Notes: generated by a model from the letters alone, not told the origin. A DNA stretch of 64,000 nucleotides from Lingula anatina (GCA_051362555.1 JBPQGU010000016.1:434001-498000); one strand, 5' to 3'. Positions 36,790 to 51,088 are shown, numbered from the stretch's first letter. Program-made: numbers and translations.

Positions 36790-37220
36790 AGTTTAAATCC
36801 AAATTTGTGAAGTGCAATTAATGGCGAAAAGAAGGTCAAATGTCAATTTTAAGTTAAATTGCCAGTATATGACTTCCTGTTCAAGTGCAATAGTAACTAT
36901 ATGGGCGTTCCTCTACCAGTTTTGGGGATACAACGAACCAAAAAAGTTGCAAAGTTCAGTCCATGGTAAAAAGTAGGTCAAAGGTCAATTTTAAGGTCAC
37001 AGATTGTCAATATATGACTTCCTATTAAAATCCTATAGTAATTATGGCCATATCTATGCCAGTTTTAAAGGTAAAGCATTGAAAAAGTTTCAAACTTCAG
37101 GTCATGGTGAAAAGTAGGTCAAAGGTCAATTTCAAGGTCACAGTTAAATTGCAACTATATGACTTCCTATTCAACTTCAATAGTAACTATGGACCTATCT
37201 CTGCCAGTTTTGGAGATATA
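36790..37220. repeat. Internally repetitive element (aggtcaaaggtcaattt...tatgacttcct units) upstream of copy 4
   Basis: Three units of about 140 bp. A related gaccttga/ggtcaag motif lies at about 27420-27450. Confidence 0.6.
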
Positions 37221-39706
37221 AGGGACTAATGTTACAATTTTAGAGTTACAATAATGTGCCATAAATTTCCTACAGAAGAAATTAACTGAAATAAAGAAAA
37301 GATCATTTTGGTTGAAATTCTTGAAATGGGAGGCGCTCAGAAGTTCCAGATGTTCAAATTTCATGAAATAATGTCATTTTTTGACCAGAAGTTGTCTGCC
37401 TCGACAAGCCTTATGTTATCTTTTCCAGACGTTCAAAAAATTTATGCATATTACCGTATTGCACATTTTACTTTCACCACCAAAATGTACTTTTTGATAC
37501 AGCATAGCTCGTAAACCGTATGGAAAACAAAAAAACGGAGGTCACTTTCAGTGTTTGGCTTGACATGCTCTATCAAATGCAAAACAAAAAAAAAAAAAAA
37601 AAAAAAAACAAGAGGTCTCTAGCATTAACGATTCCAGAATTAGAGAGAGATTTCTGTTTCGGCATCTAATGGCCGCTGCTCCCGTGAAAATGCACCGATT
37701 GCCGCAAACTCACGGAGATGAAAGATGACCTGAAGGTGTACTTCAGGTATTTATATCCCGAAATTGAACGATTTGTATAGTTCACGTGTATGGGTGATAA
37801 TAATTTGTACTAAAATGAAAACGATATTAATGCACAGTAAACCGTTTTCTTCACCCATCAAATTTTGTGACAAACAATTTTTTCTAGCGTGTGTGTAGTA
37901 AATGATCCCTAAGATGACCTAAAAACATGACAATTCTATTCTGAGAGCTTTTCTTTTCCATAATACACAGACTGGTTTGTCTGTGTCTCAATTTTAAGCG
38001 TTGTTTTAGTATCATTTTCGGCTAAGAATTAAAAAGTTTAAAATACACAACAATGTTTGGAAACACAAAATTGTCTGTTATAATAAGACAAACCCATACT
38101 CTTTCATATGGAAGCACCGTACCCCCATTGTAATCCAACACTTAGGAATATTTTGACAGACTCTCAAAGATGATAACCCCTTGCTGTTAATATATTCACT
38201 TACCTTCAGAATTGCTGTTCTGTTTAAGAAACCAAAGTTCTGATCTGCGTCGAGCTTACCTTCTAGATTAATACTCAATACTTGCACACCCAGACATAAA
38301 CCTGTATAATAAGCGTCCCAGAAAAAGTCTACATTACAGTGGCACGATACTGGCGTCAGAAAAGGAAATGAAAGAGAAAAATTATGCGGGATAGTCGATA
38401 TGATGTTGATATTGTATGCAATACTTGTACCCCAATGTAAATAGTCTGCTGATTTTTAAAAAATTTAAATTAGAATTTAATTTGACTCAGACATAAACGT
38501 TTCAATTCACACGCTAGGAATCAATGAAGCTCGAGATTTCATTCTTACAGAATACCGTCCATGTACATACTGTGATATGAATATTCGCCTTGAAATAATG
38601 GGCCCTGCTTGAATATTAAGCAATTTAATAAATAGTGCATAATCTACTCTCTGTTTTCACAGGGGTCTCTGGTATAGCCTGTTGCAAAATTAAAGAAGTC
38701 CCTGTGAGATCTTACACGATCAAGCTGTCTACTTTTATGTAACTACCCCTTCCCTATCCGCTCATTATAGACTAGGCGCTGATCCTGCAAAGAGGCTTAT
38801 AATGTAACATTTATTTCTTCGGCAACCTATATTCGGTTCGTCATTGTGTTATGATATAAAATGTCTACATGTCAATATTACATGGGAGGCGTCCTATAAA
38901 ACGTGCCGCTGATAGAGGGCGCCAAAACCAGTTACTCTTTAATTGGCAATTACATTAATTCACAAGCAAATTAGAATAAAAAATCTATGAATCAACCAAC
39001 AATATTACTGTGAAGCAGATAACTCATTTTCAGTTGTTAGAGCAAACAATAATTTTATGATCATGATTGAAAGAAAGTCTAGTTTTCTTTACTGTGCCGT
39101 CACATTTGCTATATTGACTGTCTTTGGGAGATCTTATTTCTCTAAAAATGTATCTAGAATAACGAAATTCGCCATGCCAATTCAGTTCACGTACATAATA
39201 ATAATAATGTGATAATAAAAACAATATTTATTTAAAGTCTAAAACCCTTAAAAGTTCAGTAGATTTTACAATGACATAATACTTAAATATTGTAGTATGA
39301 AAAAACAATCTGTAAAACCATAGTTAAGGCTTTATTGAAGAGGTTCGTTTTCTTTTTCTTCTACATATGGTCTAAATACCAGACTCGTATTAGTTTATAA
39401 AAGCAATACACAGTTCCACTCTGTTATTTTATCTACAATACTAACCTTTGCTTTTTTGTAAATGTCATTCACTGCAAACAAGATCATTTGTTTTTTATAC
39501 GCTTTCATATTTGGTTATTTTCGTTACCCCTGAAAGCCACTCTTTAGTTCTCGAGATGTGTGAAACGTTCCCTTTCTTTAGCGTGATTCGTGAAGCACCC
39601 CATTCCCGTGACTCGTGAATGTAATTTCTATTCTCCACCCTTCGTGAAACAAAGTCATTACACCCGATGGTTCGTGATTTTTAGGATTTTCGACGCGCAT
39701 TATCAT

Positions 39707-39811
39707 GCCCCTACTTCACACAGACCACGAATTCCACGAATGGCCATGAATTGACAAATTTTGTCAATTCCTGGCGATTCGTGGGATTCGTGGTCTGTGT
39801 GAAATAGGGGC
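39707..39811. mobile_element. Near-perfect 105-bp foldback (MITE-like)
   Basis: gcccctacttcacacagaccacgaattccacgaat...gaattgacaa att ttgtcaattc...attcgtgggattcgtggtctgtgtgaaataggggc. Confidence 0.75.
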
Positions 39812-40881
39812 CTCAGTGAGACATGAATAGAGTTTTATTTAGTATAATTTGTAAATTAATGACTTCATTTCCAAGTGAATTCTTGAAAAGTTTGTGATGA
39901 AACACTACACAGCTTTTGCCACGCTTAACTTATTGCAATTGTGAAAATAAATTGAACATCGATATACTTGGTATGAACTATGTGCTCAATAAAAATGATG
40001 TGATTTTTATTCAGTCAACAGCTAATATTGAGATAGTTTTTACCTCCAATATTTCGATGTCTATCAGGACATCTTCTTCAGGGAATGAGGCTATCCAGGT
40101 GACTGAAGAAAAAATCACATCATTCTATGTTATAACTTAACACAGCTGATGAAATTCTTCTCTTGTGCTCAATAACAGTTAAGCTACGGAATTAAAAAAG
40201 TTCATGTGCATTAATACTAGTGGGCTACACTAAACAGCCAAGATTCTGATTTTATCATTTATAAATCAGCATCCACTATTCACTAATGTAAGCTTTACTA
40301 TTCCAAACCTTGATATATGCATGGAAGATAGGCCTACCGGTACCACACTGACAAAGGGTAAGCCCACAAAAGAACTTTAAATTTCATAAAAACTGCAACT
40401 TTGTATGTGCTTACACTAGACCGTCACTCTCTTACCAAACGGAGAAATGTCACACTGATACTGGTACATCAACTGTTCTACATTATCGTTGCCTGTCACA
40501 GCAAACTGACCGACATTTGCTTCAATGGCACCTTGTGTGTCATCCTCGAGTTCAATGGATTTATACGCCTTATATGCGCGCATATACGATTTACTATTGA
40601 ATATACGTGGAAAGTGCAGTTTTCCTCCAAATACACCACGGTTTGTAGACCTTTTAACTTTGATAGTTACTCATAAAGTGCCAGTCAAATTCAGTTTTAC
40701 GTGCATAACATAAAGACTTCTGAACACATGTACAGCTGCTGCTTGTACAACTACATCACTATGTATGCACGGACCAAAAGCAACATTTTTCTATCATTCT
40801 TATTGTGGAAATTTAGAAATACACGTGGAAATTTAGAAATACAGTTCCATTTGTAACATATACATAATCATGATTGCTGTT

Positions 40882-42793
40882 TCATTGTGGCACGTCCTTT
40901 CTAACAAACACTATATCTTGGCCTCCTAGAATGGTACCTTTCCTGTAAAGTCCTGTATTTTTGAAGATCTCCCTGATTGCTTTCTCACGTTTTGGCGTAT
41001 CAGGACCTCCGTCGTGAACTGCGTACTCTATAGTCCATACGTCAACTGTGACGTGTTCCCATGGAAACGATTTAAGGATTTCTATCTCAGCACCCTCTAC
41101 GTCCAAGGTAAAGTAATCCACGTGAGTCCGGCCGACGGCGGCCAGGAGAGAACGAATTGGAAAACACTGTATGCGACTTTTTCCTTCTATCAAGTTTTGT
41201 TCCCTTTTAGGAATTACATGGCTGTGTTTTGGTATTAACCGATTACAGTGACGTCATATTTGCTCCGTAACACTAGTCCCGCGGCCATGCTGGAGGGAAT
41301 GAACGACGGGGAATAGTAGCGTAAATATAGGTAAACCAAATAAAATAAAGTAAACTTCATATCACGATCAAGGACACCAAAGGGAAAAGGATATATACAA
41401 GCTGAGGCTTCAGCTGATCAGCGGGATCGACCGATATGAACTCAAGACAGTCTAAAAACGTGAAATCCTACTAAATGCTACTTACCCAACATCGTGTTGT
41501 CAGAAGATAGTTCAGTTATCTTGTACTTCATTTTTCTTGTTCATTGGGTAATAACAGTTATAGTTTGAGAGAGTTTAATGTGTAATCATAAGTTTAACCA
41601 TAAATAGAAGCAACTGTTTTCATAAAGGATAGATATAAAAAATTTGAGCTGATCATTAGGATAAACCCTTGTGGATTCAAGGAAGAATGTATGATTGTCT
41701 TATGACATGAAATATTGCTGTTAGTTATGACTTATCTTTACATCGTGAAGCTGTCAGAAATTATTTCAGCATTCTTGTACTTCATATTGGTTCATTAGAA
41801 AGTACATGTAACAAGACTGTTGTTCATTCATATAAGCAGCATTGTTAGCATTTTATTATTAGTTCAGTCATTCACAGAAGCATTTGTTAGGCACTACAAA
41901 TATCCTCAAACCTCAGTTTAAGTGGGACTTAGAGGATGGGAATTTGCCATGGGACTATACACTTGATATCAATGGAGCAATAGAAACTATGTCAATGATG
42001 AAAAAGACGTGTCCTTTATATCAAAATAAAGCTGGTGAGTTGTGTTGTAAATAAGTTTTCAAAATACATCTACTGTCATAAAAAGTATTGTATCAAACTG
42101 ATTTTATAAAATTTAATATACCATTTGCATTGAGAATATTTTGCTAGGTATTCAGTGAACAAAATTCATGTATTTTAAATTTACTTTAAAACTGCAATAT
42201 CAGGTATTTGTTGTTCTCTTTTTTTAATGTAAAGCCTAACTGTATTGGGGATTTTCAGATGCTATTGTTTATACAGTACAGAAGTAAAGTATGCAGAACA
42301 TTTGCTCTATACCATCATCAACTTTTTAAATTATTTCAGCATTCTTGTACTTCATTTTGGTTCATTAGAAAGTACATGTAACGAGACTGTTGTTTGAGAG
42401 AGTTTAATATTCACCATGAATGCAACCATTCATATAAGCAACATTGTAAGGATTTTATTATTATTCAGTCATTCACAGAAGCAAGGCATTTTTCACAATC
42501 ATGTATTTATGATGTCCAATGTAAAATAATAATTCAGTTCATGAATTGATTTCTGCAACCATTTGCTTAAACATATAGGAAAAGTGCACATTTTGTATGA
42601 ATAAAAGTGAACATGAAATGCTGAGTTCTGAGTGTCGCTTCAATTAAATAACTCCTGTCATGCACTGGATTTCACTCTCCTGATGTTCAGATCCTGTCTC
42701 CTCAGCTGGTCACAGAGATCTAGGAATATTTTTTGCTGCTTCTACCTTGTGTGTCATCTAGCTGCCTTTTTGTACCTGTCATCAAAAGCTTCC

Positions 42794-42839
<46 letters not shown>

Positions 42840-44884
42840 CTTTTTTATAATTTACTTGCACCCAATCAGTGTGGCTTGGTGGGAAATGCCTGATCAATTT
42901 CCTACATGTAAATCTAAATTAATAGAAAGATAACAATAGTGATTTTTATTCATATTATAACTTACAACATTACAGTTGAAAGGAGCAGAATTTAACATTT
43001 TTACAGAGGAAAGTGCAAAATTATTTCATGAGGTTATTAAAGTTATGTCAATTACACCTGAGGTAGAATTTACTTGCAAAATAAAATTACTCTTATCACT
43101 ACACCAAATCGAAAATTAAGCCACTAACTTCCAAATACACTTCATACAGGTAATTGATTTAATTGGCCCAGCTCAGCTGTGTACAGTACAAATATAGCCT
43201 TGACACTAATTGGGAATAATGCTAACCAGGTATAAAAGAGGTAGGTGACAGCCGATAAAATCTAGAGAGCACCGTAACTGATAACAAATTACACCCAAGG
43301 CAATAGGTGAGTCTTCATTATAAAAGTCGAAACCCTGCCTGGGTATTTCCACACGTTTTAACAAATTAACACACTCTCCATCCACACTTTTTGGGCACTA
43401 CTTTAAATATATACGTGCGCCCCAAACGTACACACCTAGGTCTTTGGTGTTCTACTGTTTTTTCTTTTATGGTAAATCTGCACAGTTGGCTCTTCATTCT
43501 TTGCTATAAAATAAATTAGTTTTATCCTTTACTTTTCCGAAGAGTCTTGATTCAAAGCCACCTCGCCGTCTCTCCTCCGTTTATGGTTTTAGTTCCTTCA
43601 TCATGGATTTTTACCACTGCAGGCAGTCTGTGAACGCTTGTAAAGTAAGTTAGCTTCTCTCGATCAAATACCCTGCAGTAATTCATCATTTTGCTCGGTT
43701 AAATATGAAAAAAAATACAGAAAACGAAAACTGAACTACAGACATGGCTTGTTCATGCGCAGCAGACGATTCCGGTCTCCCTCCAGTATGGCTGCCGTTT
43801 GTTTTGATGACGCAGGCTCTAATGGGTCAATTCCTCCTATCTCCTGAGCAAACGTAAAATCAACCATTGCGGGACTGCGGCCCGTTGCTAAGCACGTATT
43901 AACAGCGTAAGTTTTCCTGGAAAGAATTTGAAATAAGACGTTTAGCCAGATGACGAGGAAATAAACGAACTTCTTTGATACGTGTAATATATTCAAGATC
44001 AGCAAACGAACATGTCGATCAGTAAAGACTCTCATTCTATATCTTAAATACACATTTTGATCGTCGTTAAGTATAGAATTTAGATGAGCGTATATGTCAA
44101 ATTCATATTAATGCGAATTTAAAGATTGAACTTTCAATTTATTTAAAATAATAATAATAACTTTGTGACATTCTATTCACTCTTTTAATCTGAGAGAGTG
44201 CTATCGTCTCTTAACACTACAAGACAAAAGAATGTGTGTATGGAAAATAACTCTGTACACTTAATGTGCTCCTGAAGAAAAATTAATCAGGCACTGTGAC
44301 AACTGGATGTAAAAAAATCCAACAAAGCACATACATCACCGCTACACTAAAGAGGCGATAACTATCTCCTTTCTGCTCGTAAACTACCCTCACCTGTTTT
44401 TGTTCAAAAGAACTTCAAAGGACCACGGGTTTGGCTCCACAAGCAATCCTTCCCAGTCTCGTGAAATCTCAAAGAAGAGAGAATTGGAATGAGCCTCTCC
44501 ATTATATGCTCCTGATTCCACGAAAAATCCTTTGCGGCGTTGCTTCAGAATCTTGTCTACCAATTTTGACTGCCCCATTTGATCCCAGTATGTTGCCTTT
44601 GGGTTGGAAAGATTATAGGGCAGCTTGGAAGGAGGAAGAATCCATTTCCCTCTTAAGTGTTCTAAAAGGTCTTCATTGAGGGAGTCTACGTTCCCTGTTC
44701 CTAGACGTTTAATGAATTCTGTGGTTAAACTGTTAGTGTGTGGAAGTTCTTTTATAGAATCACTCAAGTGTTTTGATAAATGATCCATCTTCGTTTCACA
44801 AACGGGACGAAAAACAATCAATGAAATGCAAACAACTAGGATAATAACACCAAGAACAGCAACTGCCCATTTGTTCATGGCCAT
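40882..44884 (-). pseudogene. Star-like FkbM copy 5, last exon interrupted by a DNA transposon
   Basis: Exon 44884-44394 is open. The last exon is split into 43916-43830 and 41235-40882 by a 2.6-kb insert at the GGI|PKH codons. Confidence 0.9.
41236..43829. mobile_element. Non-autonomous ISL2EU-like (PHIS group) DNA transposon
   Basis: Imperfect TIRs TAACCGATTACAG / (rc) TGACCCATTAGAG, subterminal gccat.ctggaggga at both ends, and a 2-bp AT duplication. There is a decayed THAP-like start on minus from 43689 (MMNYCRVF..REK..SVHRLPAVVK...WL) and a decayed second-ORF start on plus near 41387 (KDIYKLRLQLISGIDRYEL...TYP). Confidence 0.75.
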
Positions 44885-46754
44885 CTTGGCTGTTTAATTT
44901 ATCTGTGGCGTCCGTGGCTTTTGACTTATTTCTACGGTCAACTGAAAAAAGATTGGAAAGAAAACGTCGTGACTAAATAAGGCATTGACACTCTGCATTT
45001 TAAGGCTATGTTACGCCTATGTGAGGAAACTGAGGGCCCGTGTAACAGAAAGTCCACCCTCCATTACATTATGCTGGTTAGGGTTAGCCTAACGTAGGTG
45101 GGTCAAAATCTAAGCCGAGGCTTACTTACCTGTGCAAGTTAATAGGAACCGGACTATCTATCATGGGGGACTCATTGTCACGTCACATCGGGCTTAAAAC
45201 CGCATGTAGAATGCGTTTGGGGCCACTCTCACTCCTTTCAAACTTGCAGCTATGACAATATTTGATAGTCAACATGAGATTCATACATCAATGTTAAAGA
45301 ACTCGAAGATTATTTTTCGTTACGTATTTGTGAGAGTGTTCCAAAGTGGCCCAAAAATGACCAAATCCAGTCGGCCACGATAGTAGGTACTATTTATCTC
45401 TCCCAATTCTGACCATAACAATTTATAACCCCTAACCCCTAAACAAAATTGCCCCCTAAACAAAATTGCCTGGCTAGTGTCCATTATTCCTTCTGAAATA
45501 TACAGGGAAACATGGCTGTCTAAATGGTCAGATGTCTAGAACTTAAGTGTCTAATTATGAATGGTATGTAACATTGAATCCGAGTAGAGGGACGGATCGA
45601 GCGTTGGCCATTGGGTCGAAACATGCTTTTATGCCGAGGATAATTCGATTAGGATGCCTTAATGTTCGCGAAAAACCAGTTGTTGTGTGGGGGTGGTCGA
45701 GTGTCTCACGTAAAGGGAGAAGAGAATTGGTTAAAGGTTTTTCGTCATACCGTCGGAATGGCCTACTCTGAGTGTCAGAGCACAGTAAAAGCTAGCTTGT
45801 TAAAAATCTTGTGATGCCATCGCTTTTAACAGCTCTGACGAACAGCGGCCATGTTAGATTTCCGTCAATCAAATAGAACTGCTCCGCAGTGAATCTGCAG
45901 TTGAATGTCATCAGACCATAATGAAACGTAAAACAGATTTAATTCTGCTTTATTTAATTATCCTTACTGTATTAAAGCAGAATGTTGCTTGTGTTGTGGT
46001 ACTGACCTTCGACTGCAAGCTATCCTTAGTTCAAACTTCCAACTCCGCGTTGGCCACTTGCTTCTTGTCTCGTCTGCACGAGATAACAACAGCGCAAGGC
46101 GGAAAAGGCAGCTCCAGGCGGGCACAGCTGTGACGTACGAGACTTATGACCTCCAAATATGGGAGCTCCAGGGGGACAAAGCTCTGATGTACTAGACTTG
46201 TGACTTCCAAATATGGAAGCGCCCCAGGCAAAATTTTGAAGAAGAACGCCCACGAATATTGACGGTGATGGATAGAGTTTCGTATTGTTGATATGGGTTA
46301 TACTGTATATGAAATCAAGAGCGAGCTGGCCGGAAATCGAGAGCCTTGGGGTAGAATGGCCTGAACGGAGCATATTATTCAGAAAACATGCCCAACTAAC
46401 GATATCTTTATCCAAATAAACGAAGTAAAAGCTCATTTTGTAAATTTTAGACTCTAAAAAACGTCCTTTTGCTTAGCCTGCGAGTTAATGAGCTACGTGG
46501 TCGGATAACGACAATCGTGCCACCGGCGGAGCTGTCAAACTTAGCTGCATTGCCTACCTGTAAGATGACGTTTCCGGCTTCTGATAAAATTTATACTCAT
46601 TCAGATGTCTTACCCGAGGGGTCTAAATTCTCGTGAAGCTGTGTAAAACCACTTCCCGTCTATTCAATTCTTTAACAAGCATCTAATTATGGTTATCCCG
46701 AGTTGTATGAAACAGTGTATTTGAATGATACTGTTGCTTATTTCATATGAGGTC

Positions 46755-47590
46755 AGACTTCCAAACTAAAAGGGTGACATGGGCAATTTTCACAAACAAA
46801 TAATTAAACTATATTTCAATTAGCCTCCTTTTAAATAAATATACTGGATAAATTAGAATATTTATTAAAAAGCGATAATATTTTTGACGTAAATGATGAT
46901 TTTATTATTAATGAAAATTAAGCTACTATATGTGGTTCATTTGCTGTGATTACGCTGTCCTTCATGTTTTGCGTTAGTCTACATTTTGCTGCGCGTGCTT
47001 GGAATTTTTTAAAATCTGCAGGTCTGGTTATGCCCGTGTTACATGTATGTGATGAGAGTCTAAATTTGGCAATTAGTTCCTTAACTTTTTTAAATAGAAT
47101 TGCAGTGTAAAATTTTCGACAAGATGTTGGTGCAGTAGCCATTTACTCTTTGTGGATATCCCCCCCCCCCTCAAAGTTTGTTTTAAATTATCTTTCAATC
47201 TTTACGCGTTCAAGGACAGTATAAAGTTATCTGACATATTTTCGTGAAAACTTAATGACAAGCCAAATTAAGTGTCTTCAGTTCATTTCGAACTCAATTT
47301 TACTCAAGCAAATTTTTTCTTGAGTAGATCTTTATAACACGCTGTTATAATACAATTTTTCGAAGAGAGGATTTAAATCAAAATTAAAAAATTGAAGCTT
47401 CTTACTTAAAAGAATTGAGTATCTCCCGCTTTTCATAATATACTAAGTTATGAACAATGAACTAAGTTATCAGTAGTGGTCTTTTTTACACCCCACATTC
47501 GTATGGCCTTTCTTAAAAACATTCAAGTAATGATTTTTTCCATGCTACCAGTAGCAAACAATGCTCTTTTACCTTGATCTGCTACATGTA
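46755..47590. repeat. Segmental duplication block present three times (also about 53620-54335 and 57925-58785)
   Basis: Collinear high similarity starting at agac.tccaaactaa..gggtgacatgggcaattttcacaaac. The adjoining block 47597-48685 matches about 54676-55748 and partly 59385-59740. Confidence 0.85.
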
Positions 47591-48237
47591 TTTAGGAGAC
47601 TTTGTCCGAAGATATCATACTTCACAGTGCTTGACCACTTGTGACAGTGAAGATTAGTTAATTACCTGGTTGATTTCCTTTACAGGCCTTTGTGATTAGC
47701 CGATGCACACCTGGTTAAGAGATAAAATCGGCCTTAAATGCCGATCGTTATCTGTGATCTGGAATCTTACAGTGGTAGATTGCAAAGACTCAATTGCATA
47801 CCTGGATGAGCATAATATTCACATCTCTTCGAAGAGAATATCATGAGGAAGCAACTGATTTTATCAAGGAGGGTTTCAGTTATACTAATAACTGTTGACG
47901 TTGCGTAGCTGACAGATATGACGGGTAGCTTTTGTACTGAATTGAGTCGGTACCGTTTATCTCTAAGACACGTACTAAAGTAAAATGGTGGCACTACCAA
48001 CACATTAAAAAAATCTAATGGGATTTGTAAAATTTTAAAGATGAACGGAAAAGTGAACGATTCTTGCAGGCTATAGGTCGTGCAAACGTGATCAAAGACG
48101 GGGTTGTTGATCGAAACAAGATTTGGTCGTAACTTTACATGCACTATGAGATTTGTGAATTCAACTGGTAAACTCACGGTCCGTGCGTATGGAGTGACCA
48201 CTTCTCGCTCAACATGCACGAAGCCCGTTAGTTCCAC

Positions 48238-48257
48238 CAAGGAGTTATAACTCCTTG
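48238..48257. mobile_element. 20-bp perfect palindrome CAAGGAGTTATAACTCCTTG with 7-bp duplication
   Basis: Flanked by GTTCCAC twice. The empty site at about 55326 has one GTTCCAC. Confidence 0.85.
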
Positions 48258-48528
48258 GTTCCACACGGTGGGCGTGCGGATATGCGGAGTGAGCAAGAAA
48301 TAAGTACGTGTATCTAGCGCCTTAACCACGTGCATCGCACGCACCGTAGCCACCCAGGCGAAGTGGGAAAAAAGAGTTTCCTCGCGTGTCCTGCACGACA
48401 GGCGAACGAGTTAACATGTCGTACTTTTTCCATTTTTTTTTAGAAATCGTAGACCTCACGCAGCGGCTGTTGATCATGTCTAAAAATTTCTACGTGCTGT
48501 CTGCGACCTCCAAAATTTGGACTTTTTG

Positions 48529-48560
<32 letters not shown>

Positions 48561-49677
48561 AGTTATAATAGACAGCAATTCGTGACTTACAAGTGGCATA
48601 TATTACATTTTTATGAGACTACGTTTTGAACATACATGTACGTTTTGATTTAGTTTTTTAGGCGTGAAGGTTTCCCTCCCTGTTGAAACCAGTCGAATAC
48701 ATGCAATATGGAAGTCGTTATACAAACTTACTACAGGCTGGGGATTCAGTCGGAAACTGGTTTAGTTCACCGACAAAGCTTACTTTGAGAAGACCGTTAT
48801 GAATTGAACATTCTATATTATTCTTTCATATATTCCATTAAAATTTATAGATAGCTTTAAATATACCTTGAATAGAATATATATAGAATACTTAATTTAT
48901 ATTTAATGTCATGAAACTTATTGGGCTTTTGTATTATATTCTTCCAGAAAGTATCGTTATGTGGCTTATCATCCTGTGGTACGGTGGTGCTGGGGCTATT
49001 TGGGCAAACACCGAAGGGTCCCCGTACCTACTTATGCAGTGACCAAGACAAGAAACACTTTTACAATGCATGGGCATTAGACGGGTTTCAAATTGCCCAA
49101 TTTGGATTAGAAGCATGAGAACTTATGCAGCTTCGATGATCTGAAGCTTTGTTCGTTACAGACTTAATGTATATCGGATACCATGCTACATGTACAAGGG
49201 TATATCTTTGTACCTTCTCTTGAACACAAAAGCTCATGTGTATTGATTGAATTGAAAAAAAAAATTACTTGCTCAAGAATAGTAATTACCAAGACATGCT
49301 TTCGAGTTACATGCACGGGCCCAGAGCTACATGTATGAGAAAATTCTGCTAGAAGCCTTTAAAATATCGTATCAGTATAATCTATTATTTTATAAAAAAA
49401 ATTAATGTTTTAATTAGAAACGTTGATAAATCTTTTTAAGAAAGTTGCTAGTTTGTATGAAACAACATTAAAATAACAAATGTAAAATAAAATATATTTC
49501 CTTAATTGAATCAGAACATTTTAAGAACAGACCGTATGTTGGCTGTGTTTTTTTTCCACGAGTTTTATCCTTATTGCTAAAAGGTAATACACCTCTCACG
49601 TCTTCTCGCACGTTTTCTAGTATAATATGACGTCGCAAGATTTTTTAATAGTTTAAAAGTTTCAGTTGCTCACATGT

Positions 49678-51088
49678 TCATTGTGGCACGTCCTTTCTAA
49701 CAAACACTATATCTTGGCCTCCTAGAATGGTACCTTCCCTGTAAAGTCCTGTATTTTTGAAGATCTCCCTGATTGCTTTCCCACGTTTTGGCGTATCAGG
49801 ACCTCCGTCGTGAACTGCGTACTCTATTGTCCATACGTCAACGGTGACGTGTTGCCATGGAAACGATTTAAGGATTTCTATCTCAGCACCCTCTACGTCC
49901 AAGGTAAAGTAATCCACGTGAGTCTGGCCGATGGCGGCCAGGAGAGAACGAATTGGATGTATGCGACTTTTTCCTTCTATCAAGTTTTGTTCCCTTTTAG
50001 GAATTACATGACTGTGTTTTGGTATTCCTCCTATCTCCTGAGCATACGTGAAATCAACCTTTGCGGGATTGCTGCCTATTGCCAAGCACGTGTTTACAGC
50101 GTAAGTTTTCCTGGAAGGAATTTAAAATAAGACATATTAGCCAGGTGACGAGGAAATAAACGAACTTTTTTGATACGTGTAATATATTCAAGATCAGCAA
50201 AACGAATATGTCGATCAGTAAAGACTCTCATTCTATATCTTGGAAACACATTTTGATCGTCGTTAAGTATAGAATTTAGGTGAGCGTAGGAAGCAGCATG
50301 CCAAATTCATATTGACGCGAATTTTAAGCTTGATGGATCAATTTCCAATAATAATAATAATAATAACTTTGTGACATTCTATTCACTCTTTTAATCTGAT
50401 AGACTGCCATCTTCTCTTAACACTACGAGACAAAAGAATGTGTGTATGGGAAAAACGCTGTACACTTAATGTGCTCCTGAAGAAAAATGAATCAGGCACT
50501 GTGACAACTGGATGTAAAAAATCCAACAAAGCACATACATCACCGCTACACTAAAGAGGCGATGACTCTCTCCTTTCTTCTCGTAAACTACCCTTACCTG
50601 TTTTTGTTCAAAAGAACTTCAAAGGACCACGGGTTTGGCTCCACAAGCAATATTTTCCAGTCTCGAGAAACCTAGAAGAAGAGAGAATTTGAATGACCCT
50701 ATCCATCATATGCTCCTGATTCCACGAAGAATCCTTTGCGACGTTGCTTCAGAATCTTGTCTACCAGTTTTGATTGTCCCATTTGATCCCAGTATGTTGC
50801 CTTTGGGTTGGAAAGATTATAGGGCCGCTTGGAAGGAGGAAGAATCCATTTCCCTCTTAAGTGTTCTAAAAGGTCTTCATTGAGGGAGTCTACGTTCCCT
50901 GTTCCTAGACGTTTAATGAATTCCGTGGTTAAACTGTTAGTGTGTGGAAGTTCTTTTATAGAATTACTCAAGTGTTTTGATAAATGATCCAATTTCGTTT
51001 CACAAACGGGATGAAAAATATACATTGAAGTGCAAAGAACTATGATAATAACGGCAAGAACAGCAATTGTCCATTTGTTCATCGTCAT
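49678..51088 (-). pseudogene. Star-like FkbM copy 6, nonsense mutation
   Basis: Exons 51088-50598 and 50110-49678. GAG>TAG at 50701-50699 falls in the GAYDGE motif, and there is a 6-bp deletion (RIHPIR versus RIQCFPIR). Confidence 0.9.

Noticed and set aside
42796-42839. Long homopolymers (poly-T here, poly-A at 63134-63174, poly-C/G runs) as retrocopy tails or G-quadruplex signals
   Set aside because: No associated retrocopy body or TSD was seen, and homopolymer lengths are unreliable in assemblies.
47767-48264. 165-aa ORF with a paralog at 54964-55332
   Set aside because: It lies in a duplicated block, the frame is not conserved between copies, and its start depends on the palindrome insertion.
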